A stretch of DNA of 44,318 nt from Thermomicrobiales bacterium (GCA_035936495.1 DASYWB010000112.1:1-44318); one strand, 5' to 3'. Counted from the stretch's first letter, positions 9,092 through 17,437 are shown. Numbers and translations are program-made. Notes: generated from the letters alone by a model not told the origin.

Positions 9092-9715
9092 TCAGCCACG
9101 GAGATCGCCAGTGACCTGGCCGAGGGACAACAGGTGCCCCATCCGCTCCTCTTTCGTGCGAAGGTACTGGAGGTTATCGGGATTAGGGCGGACGGGTAGG
9201 GGCAGGCGCTCGACGACCTCGATCCCGTGCTCCTCGAGACCGGCGATTTTGGCCGGGTTATTCGTGAGCAGACGCACCTGATGTACGCCGAGGTCGCGGA
9301 GGATCGCGGCGGCGTAACCGTAGTCACGGACATCTTCTGGGAGACCGAGGGCACGGTTGGCCTCAACCGTGTCGAGGCCCTGGTCCTGCAGCGCATAGGC
9401 GCGCAGCTTGTTGATCAGGCCAATGCCCCGGCCCTCCTGGCGCAGATAAAGCAAGACGCCTCGGCCCTGCTCCTGGATGCGCAGCATCGCGGACGCCAGT
9501 TGCTCGCCGCAGTCGCAGCGACACGAGCCGAAGACGTCGCCGGTCATGCATTCGGAGTGCAGCCGGGCCAGGACCGGTCCGCCACGATCGACCTGCCCTA
9601 AGGCGAGCGCCAACTGATCCTGGCCGTCGGACGATCGGTACCCGGCAAGGCGGAAAGTCCCGTACCGGGTCGGCAGTTGGGTCTCCACCAGGCGGTGGGC
9701 AGACGGTGATGTCAA
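9092..9715 (-). CDS. ribA: GTP cyclohydrolase II (stand-alone, no DHBP synthase domain)
   Basis: It has the zinc triad in [20 protein letters not shown], plus [23 protein letters not shown] and TVEANRALG. The best start is TTG at 9713-9715, preceded by GAAAGGGA. The 288-aa track ORF has an Arg/Trp/Cys-rich junk N-terminus. Confidence 0.85.
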   Translation of the reverse strand: MTSPSAHRLVETQLPTRYGTFRLAGYRSSDGQDQLALALGQVDRGGPVLARLHSECMTGDVFGSCRCDCGEQLASAMLRIQEQGRGVLLYLRQEGRGIGLINKLRAYALQDQGLDTVEANRALGLPEDVRDYGYAAAILRDLGVHQVRLLTNNPAKIAGLEEHGIEVVERLPLPVRPNPDNLQYLRTKEERMGHLLSLGQVTGDLRG

Positions 9716-9963
9716 CGGGGTTCCCTTTCGCTCGTGCGGATGCCCGGCGTGCCAAGCGATCCGGCCCGCCGACGCCGGTAGAGCGGCGGATCTGATCCTC
9801 CAGCACTGGCTGTTGCAAGACCCGGACCAGCCACCGGTGGTCCGTGGCCCCGCCCGCCGCACCTTCCACCGCACCCGCGACACGGCGGCCAGCCTGATGC
9901 TCACCAAGGGTGTATCCGCAAACCCGTGTGCTGGGTGCAGGCCGTCGCGACGCCCCACCCCGC

Positions 9964-10566
9964 TCAGGGTCGCGGTCCGTCGGAAGCGAAGACGCGTCCG
10001 AGCACCGGGCTCACGAACTCGCTTGTCAGGCAGTCCATATAGATCTCATCCGACCGCCCAGCCGCCCCGCGGATGGCCTGCCGGCGGCGGCCGATCTCGT
10101 TGAACCCCGCCCTCGTGTAGGCGCGCACCCCGGCGAGGTTCGACGCGTCAACCGACAGCATCACGTTGTGCAGCCCGAGCGCGGTGAACGCCACGTCGAG
10201 CAGCAGGCGTACGGCCTCCGTTCCGTACCCTTTGCCACGGTCCTCCACGTCGCCGATATGCACGCCGATCCCGGCGGTGCCGTGACGGTGGTCCACCGAT
10301 TTCAGGGCGCAGGTCCCGATCGGTCGCCACTCTTCCCGTGCGTAGATGGTGAAGACGAGGTCCTCACCGGTTGCGGCACGATCGTACCACGCCGTTCGGG
10401 CCTCGACCGTCATTGGCCGTGGCTCCAACCCGAGCCAGTGGGCGGCGGCGAGGTCATTGATCCAGCGCAGATAGAGCGGCAGCAGGTCGCGCCGCAGCGG
10501 CCCGAGAGCAACGCGCTCGCCGACGATGTTGAGGACGGGCTGCTCCAATCGATGGGTCTCGGCCAT
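9964..10566 (-). CDS. GNAT-family N-acetyltransferase (RimJ/RimL-like)
   Basis: The acetyl-CoA motif is [19 protein letters not shown], followed by [13 protein letters not shown]. The ATG at 10564-10566 follows AAGGAGG. Confidence 0.8.
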   Translation of the reverse strand: MAETHRLEQPVLNIVGERVALGPLRRDLLPLYLRWINDLAAAHWLGLEPRPMTVEARTAWYDRAATGEDLVFTIYAREEWRPIGTCALKSVDHRHGTAGIGVHIGDVEDRGKGYGTEAVRLLLDVAFTALGLHNVMLSVDASNLAGVRAYTRAGFNEIGRRRQAIRGAAGRSDEIYMDCLTSEFVSPVLGRVFASDGPRP

Positions 10567-10588
10567 GAGTTGGCCCTCCTTTGACCGT

Positions 10589-10641
10589 CTCCTCGAAGCG
10601 ATTACGAACCGACGGATTGCTCCCACCACCGGGCCGGAGTA
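10589..10641 (+). repeat. 53-bp direct repeat, copy A (orphan fragment homologous to the 3' end of ORF 11205-11543)
   Basis: ctcctcgaagcgattacgaaccgacggattgctcccaccaccgggccggagta matches copy B at 45 of 53 positions without gaps. It would encode LLEAITNRRIAPTTGPE. Confidence 0.7.
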
Positions 10642-11204
10642 CCTGGGTATCTCAGCGGCTCTGAGGCGCCGTCAAAACCGATCACCCATTCGCGCGCGGA
10701 GCTGCCGGACCTTGAAGAACCGGCGGCTCCTTGGCTTCGGCTCCGCCGCTACGGCGCTGGTGTCCCAAAGGCTTCAGCAAAGGAGGCTACCGGCGTCCCC
10801 GCGGCCCTGACGGCGATCCGCTCGCTAGCCTGCGATCGGCGAACCCGGCTTGTCCGAGCGTCGCGGATGCTACCCACGTCTCGAATGGTTGTCAATCGCC
10901 ACGCGGGCCGAACTGGCCAGGGTACTAGCTGGGATCGGTACGAATGGGTGAGCCGGTCGGCAGGCAATGAGCCTATTGGCACCACATGCAGCCTCATGGA
11001 GAATCGGGGGAGGTTGGCCAGAGGCGGCCACCTCGCGAGCATTGGCGTTCCCCCTGGGATGATCCAGCAACGAGAGGATGAGCCGATGCGGTTAATCCTT
11101 ACCTTCTTCCTGCGCTTCACCATGCGTCCCCTCCGGGAGGCCGTGTTCCCCTCGTCCATGCCCACGGCGACGGCTGCGACGAGGACCAGCTTGTTAGGGG
11201 CACC

Positions 11205-11543
11205 ATGCCGAGACCTGAGGACGTTGCGCACGAAGCCCCGGTGTCTTTCCGCGTGCAGTGGATCGACCCTCACCCACTGGGGGAAGACTATCCATCCGAC
11301 GACATCATCCTAAGCATTGAGCCTCTCGGTCAGCCAAGGGCCGTCTTTATCATCTCTCGGGAGAGGTACGAGCCATTCCAAGATGCCGTAACCGAAGCGA
11401 TTGCGTCGCAGGCGGTGTACTGGGTGATGTTGGATGGTTCCACCATGTCGACGTTGCCGTCGCGCCTGAGCGATGCAACGCTTGTCCGTCTGCTCGAAGC
11501 GATCCAGAACCGACAGATTGCTCCCTCCCCAGGGCCGGAGTAA
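11205..11543 (+). CDS. hypothetical acidic protein (112 aa)
   Basis: The ATG is preceded by AGGGG. GC3 is moderate and there is no recognisable family. Its last 17 codons form repeat copy B. Confidence 0.4.
   Translation: MPRPEDVAHEAPVSFRVQWIDPHPLGEDYPSDDIILSIEPLGQPRAVFIISRERYEPFQDAVTEAIASQAVYWVMLDGSTMSTLPSRLSDATLVRLLEAIQNRQIAPSPGPE
11490..11542 (+). repeat. 53-bp direct repeat, copy B
   Basis: ctgctcgaagcgatccagaaccgacagattgctccctccccagggccggagta is 85 percent identical to copy A, which lies 901 bp upstream. Confidence 0.7.
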
Positions 11544-11557
11544 CTGAATGGCTCCGG

Positions 11558-11815
11558 TTACTCGCAGCTGACCCCAATCGGCGTGCCCGTCGGGACCGCT
11601 GCATCCCCCCGCAGAACGAGGCCCTCCGCGGCAGCCAGACGCTCCTCAACGGCGGCGAGCCGAAGCATCAGCTCCGCAGATCTCTCCACCACCGCCGCGA
11701 GCTCCCCGCGTTGCTGCTCAAGCGCGTGGACCCGCAATGTCAACTCCGGAACCGCCTGTAGGAGGGCAGCGACCTGCGTTTCCTGAGCCGTGGTCCGGGT
11801 TTCCAGCGCCGCCAC
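11558..11815 (-). CDS. hypothetical coiled-coil ORF (85 aa), coding status doubtful
   Basis: It has Leu/Ala/Glu heptad-like sequence (LETRVAALETR... LEQQRGELAAVVERSAELMLRLAAVEERLAAAEG), a GTG start and no SD. It sits in a decayed region next to a transposase relic. Confidence 0.25.
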   Translation of the reverse strand: MAALETRTTAQETQVAALLQAVPELTLRVHALEQQRGELAAVVERSAELMLRLAAVEERLAAAEGLVLRGDAAVPTGTPIGVSCE

Positions 11816-11933
11816 CCGCGTCTCCAGGACCGCAACGGCAGGTGTCCCGCTGACCGGTGTCGTGGCCGGCGGCGACCCATCCTAGCCGGTACTGTCCGCA
11901 TGCCAACCACCGGTGAGCATCCCGAGCAGCACT

Positions 11934-12399
11934 ATGACGATAGGCAGGGGGATCAAGGCGTGGCGCACGGCGACTCCCTCCTCTGCTTGACCGGCCAGGG
12001 CAGCGACACGGCATCATAGCGGACCGGGGAGACGCGACCTGCTGAAGACGTCGACCTTCCACCGCGTTCGAGTTGGCGCTGGTCACCTTCGCCACCGACG
12101 AGGGGATCGGGCCGGACCGCCAGGTGGTGCTAGTGCTCGACCAAGCAGGTCGTCACCTGAGTCCCCGGCTGGTCGTCCCGGAGGGCGTCCACCTGGCGCC
12201 CCTGCCCCCTCCACGCCCGAGTTGCAACTGGCAGAACGGCTGTGGCCGCTGCTCGACGAATCGATTGTCAACCAGGGCCATCGCCGACCTGGGTGAGCTG
12301 GAGACCATCCTCGTCGATCGATGCCAGACCTTGCGCGCCCATCCGGCGCGGGTTACCGTCCACCCTCACGTCCGCTGGCGGACCGAGGACGTCGTATGA
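11934..12399 (+). pseudogene. IS630-family (DDE_3-type) transposase remnant, C-terminal part, several frameshifts and stops
   Basis: Read across three frames it gives MTIGRGIKAW.., TGETR, AFELALVTFATDEGIGPDRQVVLVLDQAGRHLSPRLVVPEGVHLAPLPP, then STPELQLAERLWPLLDESIVN in a shifted frame, then AIADLGELETILVDRCQTL back in the first frame. This matches the conserved ...LVLDxAGWH...LPPYSPELQPAERLWP...L.ELE... pattern. The N-terminal HTH half is absent. Confidence 0.55.
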
Positions 12400-12471
12400 A
12401 CCGTCTAGACTTGGCCGGAGTCCGTATTACTTCTGATGTTCTCCGTCGTACTCATCACTCGCATAGTTCAG

Positions 12472-13068
12472 TCAAGCGGAGACGGTATCCGGATGAGCGG
12501 CGGCCAACCGCTCCAGCTCGCTCACCGTTCGCTCTAGCTCCTCGACCAAGGGGGTGGACTCCACCGCCCGAAAGGCATCGACCAGCGCCCGGTAGTACCA
12601 CAGCGTGCCGTCACGCCCGCCCCGGAAACGATCCCAAAGCGCTTCGCTGAGCTGGCGGTAATCGACCAGGATCGACCGCGCGTTGTGCAGTTTGTCAGCG
12701 GCGGAGACGAGGCGAACCGATGGGGAGGCGTCGCCGAGGTGCGCAACGTAGGCTTCCTTGCGCTGCCGCCACGGGGGTTTCGGCACTGTTTCAGCGTCGG
12801 TACAGCCGTCGATGATGGCAACGACGTCCTCGCCAAAGCGGCGGCGAATCTCAGCGCGGGCCGCGGCACCGCCCTGATCCTCGATCGCATCGTGCAGCAA
12901 GGCGGCAATTGCCTCGTCCTCCCCGCCCCCGGATTCCATCACGATCGCCGTCACTGCCAAGAGGTGCGAAAGATAGGGGATGGTCGAGCCCTTGCGAACC
13001 TGGCCGGCGTGGAGTCGGCTTGCGAAGGCGAAGGCCTCGTCGAGGCGAGGCGAGAAGATGGTTGCCAT
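12472..13068 (-). CDS. HD-domain hydrolase, RelA/SpoT-type (p)ppGpp-hydrolase-like (small alarmone hydrolase-like)
   Basis: The motifs are FAFASRLHAGQVRKGSTIPYLSHLLAVTAIV and AIAALLHDAIEDQ. The ATG at 13066-13068 follows GGAAGGA. The earlier track start overlaps the upstream gene. Confidence 0.8.
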   Translation of the reverse strand: MATIFSPRLDEAFAFASRLHAGQVRKGSTIPYLSHLLAVTAIVMESGGGEDEAIAALLHDAIEDQGGAAARAEIRRRFGEDVVAIIDGCTDAETVPKPPWRQRKEAYVAHLGDASPSVRLVSAADKLHNARSILVDYRQLSEALWDRFRGGRDGTLWYYRALVDAFRAVESTPLVEELERTVSELERLAAAHPDTVSA

Positions 13069-13117
13069 AGTGCCTGATCCTTCCGCGTCTCGGGGCGCAT
13101 CGCGTCGCTCGTCGCCG

Positions 13118-14302
13118 TTACGCCGCCCCAAGCAGCCGCGTGATCGTCTCCGCGTAGACGCGGGCCTGAACTACCAGGTCGTCGATATAGACGCATTCGT
13201 TGGCACCGTGGGCGCGTTCGCCGCCGGGTCCGAAGCCAACGGTGTCGATACCGGCCTGGCGGTAGAAGCGGCCGTCGGTCGCGCCGGCCCAGGCGACGAA
13301 CCATTCGGGCTCCTGGCCCATGACGGTACGGACACTCTGTTGGAGCGCCGCGACGAGTGGTGAGCTCTCGTCCGTGATATTGGCCTCGATGAAGTCGCCG
13401 TGCGGATCGACCGTGAGCTCGTAGCGGAAATCGGGGTCCTCGGCCGCGACGCCGTCCAGAACGGCGCGGACCTCGGCGACGGCGCTCTCCTTCGTCTCGC
13501 CGGGGACGAGGCGCCGGTCAATGGAGATCATGCATTCCCCCGGCACGACGTTGTGGGCGACGCCAGCCTGGATCGTGTTGACGCTGATCACCGGTTTGCC
13601 GACGGAGGGGTGGAAGCGGTCCAAGTCCTGCTCCAGCGCCAGTACACCCTTGGCCGCCTTGGCAATCGCGTTGATCCCGGTCGCCCGGGCGGCGGCGGTG
13701 TGCGATGCCCGGCCGAGGAACGTCACCTCCAGGCCCAGGATGCCGCGCTCGGCGTTGCGGACCTTGAGGTCGCTCTTCTCGCCGATCAGGCAATAGTCGG
13801 GGCGCGTCAAGCGCCCGGCTTCGATCTCTTCCAGGAGGTGAAGCGTGCCAAACCGCCCGCTCAGCTCCTCGTCCGAGACGACGTGCGCCTGCAAGCAGCC
13901 CTTCAGCGGCGCATCCTTCAACAGGCCCATCAGGTAGATCATCACCCCGGTCGAGGCCTTCATGTCGCCACTGCCCCGGCCAAAGAGGTGCTTGCCATCT
14001 TCGGATAGCCGTGGCTCGAACGGCCCGCTTGCCCAGGCGCCGGCGTCAGACACGGGGACGGTATCGAGGTGCCCGTTCATGACAATCGTCGGTCCTGCCA
14101 CCGGATCGCCAATCGAGATGACGACATTCGGCCGCGCCGGATCCTTCGCCAGCACCTGGTGCTCGATGCCCCGTGCCGCGCACCAGCCGATGACGAACTC
14201 CATCACCGCCAGCTCTTCGCCGCTCGGACTCGGAATGGCGACCAACTCCTTCGCCATCTCGACGATGCCATCCCACTCGACCCGCTCCGCCCACTGATTC
14301 AC
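13118..14302 (-). CDS. M20-family metallopeptidase (ArgE/DapE-like deacylase)
   Basis: The metal-binding motifs are MNGHLDTVP, FGRGSGDMKAS and VVSDEELSG, with a dimerisation domain in the middle. It has a GTG start. Confidence 0.85.
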   Translation of the reverse strand: MNQWAERVEWDGIVEMAKELVAIPSPSGEELAVMEFVIGWCAARGIEHQVLAKDPARPNVVISIGDPVAGPTIVMNGHLDTVPVSDAGAWASGPFEPRLSEDGKHLFGRGSGDMKASTGVMIYLMGLLKDAPLKGCLQAHVVSDEELSGRFGTLHLLEEIEAGRLTRPDYCLIGEKSDLKVRNAERGILGLEVTFLGRASHTAAARATGINAIAKAAKGVLALEQDLDRFHPSVGKPVISVNTIQAGVAHNVVPGECMISIDRRLVPGETKESAVAEVRAVLDGVAAEDPDFRYELTVDPHGDFIEANITDESSPLVAALQQSVRTVMGQEPEWFVAWAGATDGRFYRQAGIDTVGFGPGGERAHGANECVYIDDLVVQARVYAETITRLLGAA

Positions 14303-14312
14303 GCGTTCTTCC

Positions 14313-14422
14313 GTTGTAGTCGGAAGTCGGAAGTCGGACGTCCCGGAGAGTGTAGCTTCGCCGGCAAAGTGATCTACCGTCTTTCTTTCGTCTTCTGTCT
14401 TCCGACTTCCGACGGCTACAAC
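14313..14422. repeat. long imperfect inverted repeat built from TCGGAAG heptamers (about 21-bp stem, about 60-nt loop)
   Basis: The left arm gttgtag-tcggaag-tcggaag-tcggacg (14313-14340) pairs with the right arm cttccgac-ttccgac-ggctacaac (14399-14422). The right arm overlaps the darA stop codon, and the left arm ends 10 nt from the GTG start of the M20 gene. Confidence 0.6.
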
Positions 14423-14745
14423 CGCTCAAACCGCGCCACGTTCGCCACGAAGACGACCGCGCCGCCGACTTCGACCTCGAAGTTCTCGGGCATATAGAGC
14501 AGGCCCGGCTCCAATGCTGGGGAATAGGGCACCGCGATCTGCGTCCGCCGCCGGCAGACACGCCGCAGGATGCCCATCACCGCCGGCACGACCTTATCCT
14601 CGACCCCAATCATCAAGCTCGAGTTGCCGGTTCGCAGAAATGACCCCGTCGTGCTGATCTTCGTGAACCGGTGTCCAGCGCTCACGAGCGCCTTCGTCAG
14701 AGCGTCAGTATCCTCATCCTGCACGATGGCGATGATCAGCTTCAT
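14416..14745 (-). CDS. darA: cyclic-di-AMP receptor, PII-like (DarA/PstA, YaaQ family)
   Basis: The 109-aa product MKLIIAIVQDEDTDALTKALVSAGHRFTKISTTGSFLRTGNSSLMIGVED...EVEVGGAVVFV is collinear with B. subtilis YaaQ/DarA. The ATG at 14745 follows GGAGGGTG-N5. Confidence 0.8.
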   Translation of the reverse strand: MKLIIAIVQDEDTDALTKALVSAGHRFTKISTTGSFLRTGNSSLMIGVEDKVVPAVMGILRRVCRRRTQIAVPYSPALEPGLLYMPENFEVEVGGAVVFVANVARFERL

Positions 14746-14837
14746 CGATGCACCCTCCATCCTGGCCGCCCGCCAGCGACCCCGTGGTCGCGGCAGCGGC
14801 TCATTTGCCCTCCCCGAATTCGCATCCTAGCACATCG

Positions 14838-15638
14838 CTATTGGCCCGCTGATTGGCGCCGCGCGATGACCTCCAACAGCCGCTCGTGCAACACGCCATT
14901 CGAGGCGACCATCTCCAACTCGTACGGCTGAAACGGCGCCCCATCGAACTGGCTGATCCTGCCACCCGCTTCGGTGATCATCACCGCCCCGGCGGCCATA
15001 TCCCATGGCTGCAATGGTCGTTCGTAGAATCCGTCCAATCGGCCCGCGGCTACCCAGCAGAGATTGAGCGCTGCCGAACCATCCCGCCGCACGCCCTGCG
15101 TCTCGAACAAGAATCCGCTCCACAGCGTCTCCGCTTCCGCCCGTCGATATGGGTCATAGGGAAATCCCGTCGCCAGCAGCGACTGCAAGAGGTCGGCTTG
15201 CCCGCTTACTGCAATCGGCGCCCCGTTGAGCGTCGCTCCACAGCCGTGCTCCCCGACGAACAGCTCATCCCGCATCGGGTCGTAGACGACGCCAAGGATC
15301 GGGACGCCTCCACGCTCCAACCCAATCGAGACCGCGAAATGGGGATATCCATGCGCGTAATTTGTCGTCCCATCCAGCGGGTCGACCACCCAACCGTAGG
15401 GCGAGGTGCTGTTCGGGCCAGCCCCCCGCGCTCCCTCTTCCCCGATGAAGCGATGGTCCGGAAAGGCGCCGCGGATGCGTCCCGCGATCACCGCCTCGGA
15501 TGCCCGGTCTACGTCCGTCACAAGATCGATGGTTCCCTTGAATTGAACGTCGCGGATGTGGCCTAAGCGTCCGCGGAGAATCGCCCCGGCCTCCCGAGCC
15601 GTCGAAATCGCCAAATCTCGCGCGCCATCAGGAACCAC
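14838..15638 (-). CDS. inositol monophosphatase family protein (SuhB/ImpA-like)
   Basis: The motifs are FIGEEG, VVDPLDGTTNYAHG and WDMAAGAVMITEAGG. The start is GTG at 15636-15638 after GAGGAGG-N5. The 433-aa track ORF would overlap tsaD and has a junk N-terminus. Confidence 0.8.
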   Translation of the reverse strand: MVPDGARDLAISTAREAGAILRGRLGHIRDVQFKGTIDLVTDVDRASEAVIAGRIRGAFPDHRFIGEEGARGAGPNSTSPYGWVVDPLDGTTNYAHGYPHFAVSIGLERGGVPILGVVYDPMRDELFVGEHGCGATLNGAPIAVSGQADLLQSLLATGFPYDPYRRAEAETLWSGFLFETQGVRRDGSAALNLCWVAAGRLDGFYERPLQPWDMAAGAVMITEAGGRISQFDGAPFQPYELEMVASNGVLHERLLEVIARRQSAGQ

Positions 15639-15661
15639 GATCACCTCCTCATCGACAACGC

Positions 15662-16759
15662 TTAGCTCGTGGATACGAGCGGCAGGCGCGGTGCGATATC
15701 CGCCTCCCAACCCGCCTGCTCTCCCCGGCGCAACGCATAGTACGCCGCCCCAGCGATCATTGCCGCGTTGTCCGTACAAAGCTCCAGCCGGGGTACCCGG
15801 ACTGGAACCTCGGGGGCAACACACTCGACCTCTCGCATCACGCGTTCGCGCAACGCGCGGTTCGCCGCGACGCCGCCTGCCAGCAGGACGCTTCGCGCCC
15901 CTTCGCGTCGGACGGCGCCCGCCGTCTTCACCGCCAGCACCTCGACGACCGCCTCCTGGAACGCGGCCGCGAGGTCCACGCGCGGCAGATCGTCGCGGAA
16001 TGAGGGGGGCCGATGCTCGGCAAACGGAGTGCTCGGCGACCGCCGCGGATCTGGCGCCGGCAACCGGTAGGGATCCACGAGCCGTAGCAACGCCGTCTTC
16101 AAACCCGAGAAGCTGAAGTCGTCGCTCTCGCCGAGCCAAGCACGGGGCAGATCATGCCTCCTGGGGTCGCCGTCCCTCGCCGCCTCCTGGATCGCTGGGC
16201 CGCCGGGATAGCCCAATCCGAGCAACCGCGCCCCCTTATCGAACGCCTCGCCCGCGGCGTCGTCCAGGGTCCGCCCCAGGTGGCGATATCGCCCGTGATC
16301 CTCGACCAGAATCAGCTCGGTGTGGCCGCCGGAGACGAGCAGGCACACCGCCGGCAGTTCCGGCGGCGGCAGAACCGCCTGATCATCAGGAAACGTCAGC
16401 CAGTTGGCGTAGACGTGGGCTTCAAGGTGGTTGACCGGCACGAGCGGCTTCCCCCAGGCGTACGCCAGAGCCTTGGCGACGTTCATTCCCACCAGGAGCG
16501 CGCCGGCCAATCCGGGGCCGGCGGTAACGGCGATGACCTCGACGTCCTTCTCGCTCGCGCCGGCATCGTCCAGCGCGCGCTCGATTACCGGCAGGATCGC
16601 GGTCACATGGCCGCGCGCCGCCAGCTCGGGCACGACGCCACCATGGGCGCGATGCAGCTCGATTTGGGACGCGATCACGTTGGAGCGCACGCGGCGTCCG
16701 TCAGCGACAACCGCCGCTGCCGTCTCATCACACGATGTCTCGATACCGAGAATGTTCAT
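15662..16759 (-). CDS. tsaD: tRNA N6-adenosine threonylcarbamoyltransferase
   Basis: The motifs MNILGIETSCDETAAAVV, HRAHGGVVPELAARGH and VSGGHTELI are hallmarks of the Kae1/TsaD family. Confidence 0.9.
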   Translation of the reverse strand: MNILGIETSCDETAAAVVADGRRVRSNVIASQIELHRAHGGVVPELAARGHVTAILPVIERALDDAGASEKDVEVIAVTAGPGLAGALLVGMNVAKALAYAWGKPLVPVNHLEAHVYANWLTFPDDQAVLPPPELPAVCLLVSGGHTELILVEDHGRYRHLGRTLDDAAGEAFDKGARLLGLGYPGGPAIQEAARDGDPRRHDLPRAWLGESDDFSFSGLKTALLRLVDPYRLPAPDPRRSPSTPFAEHRPPSFRDDLPRVDLAAAFQEAVVEVLAVKTAGAVRREGARSVLLAGGVAANRALRERVMREVECVAPEVPVRVPRLELCTDNAAMIAGAAYYALRRGEQAGWEADIAPRLPLVSTS

Positions 16760-16771
16760 CCGGTCATGGCG

Positions 16772-17437
16772 TTAGGTGCCGCTGCTCGGCAACGAGGCGT
16801 GGAGGGGGGCGTGCTCGACAGGCCACGGCACGAAGCGGGCGGCGATCTCCTGCCGCAACGCGTGGAACCGGTCCACGTACTCCTGCTCTCGCAGCGACGG
16901 CGACCACATGATATACGCGTCTTCGTTGTCATCGCTGTAGTATCGCTTGCGGGTCCCCTGCACCGAGAACCCGTATTTCCGATAGAGCGCCTGGGCCGGC
17001 TCATTCGAGACGCGTACTTCCAGGGTCAGCCACCGCGCCTGGCGAGTGATGGCCTCATCGATGAGATGAACAAGGAGCCACTCCCCCAACCCCTGACCGC
17101 GGTACTCGGGAGCGACGCCAATCGTCGTGATGTGTGCCTCGTCACAAACGATCCACATGCCCGCGAACCCGACGATCCGGCTCTCTGGCTCCGTCTTCCG
17201 GGAGAACGGCAAGAGCGATAATCGTGAGCGGCCTTTCCCGTTTGGGCTAGTGTCCGGACCTCGCTCGCTCGGCTCCGCCCCGCTCGGGATCTGCCGCGCG
17301 ACGAGGTAGACGTTCTGATCAGGAAGCCTGAGCTCCCGCCGGTATGCCGAGGGGGGCCAGGGATTCGTGAAGCACCGCGCCTCAACGCGGCTCACCTCGG
17401 GCACGTCCGCTGTCGTCATTGGCTCGATCCGGTACAC
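16772..17437 (-). CDS. rimI: ribosomal-protein-alanine N-acetyltransferase (with internal insertion and C-terminal extension)
   Basis: It has IEARCFTNPW-type motif A and the acetyl-CoA motif YRGQGLGEWLL, and it sits between tsaB and tsaD as in many bacteria. It has a GTG start. Confidence 0.8.
   Translation of the reverse strand: MYRIEPMTTADVPEVSRVEARCFTNPWPPSAYRRELRLPDQNVYLVARQIPSGAEPSERGPDTSPNGKGRSRLSLLPFSRKTEPESRIVGFAGMWIVCDEAHITTIGVAPEYRGQGLGEWLLVHLIDEAITRQARWLTLEVRVSNEPAQALYRKYGFSVQGTRKRYYSDDNEDAYIMWSPSLREQEYVDRFHALRQEIAARFVPWPVEHAPLHASLPSSGT

Noticed and set aside
9716-9958. FMN (RFN) riboswitch, or an N-terminal extension of GTP cyclohydrolase II
   Set aside because: The conserved RFN cores (GGTGAAATTCC, ACCGGCGGT, GCCGACAGT..GTCTGGATG) are not present, only loose similarity. 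The extended peptide is junk-like, and a good SD-TTG start at 9715 gives a normal 207-aa enzyme. The gap is kept only as a low-interest finding.
10749-11313. 174-aa minus-strand and 148-aa plus-strand ORFs in the 10.6-11.2 kb gap
   Set aside because: The two overlap each other, lack SD sequences and have Arg/Ser/Pro-rich composition with poor codon bias and no family motifs. The region is treated as decayed non-coding DNA.
14313-14340. TCGGAAG tandem heptamers as a CRISPR array or microsatellite
   Set aside because: There are only three adjacent 7-nt units with no spacers, and they form one arm of an inverted repeat. This is not CRISPR architecture.
15639-16139. N-terminal 167 codons of the 433-aa track ORF for the IMPase-family gene
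   Set aside because: This part overlaps the 3' end of tsaD and is an Arg/Gly/Pro-rich junk sequence. A GAGGAGG-N5-GTG start at 15638 gives a normal 266-aa IMPase.
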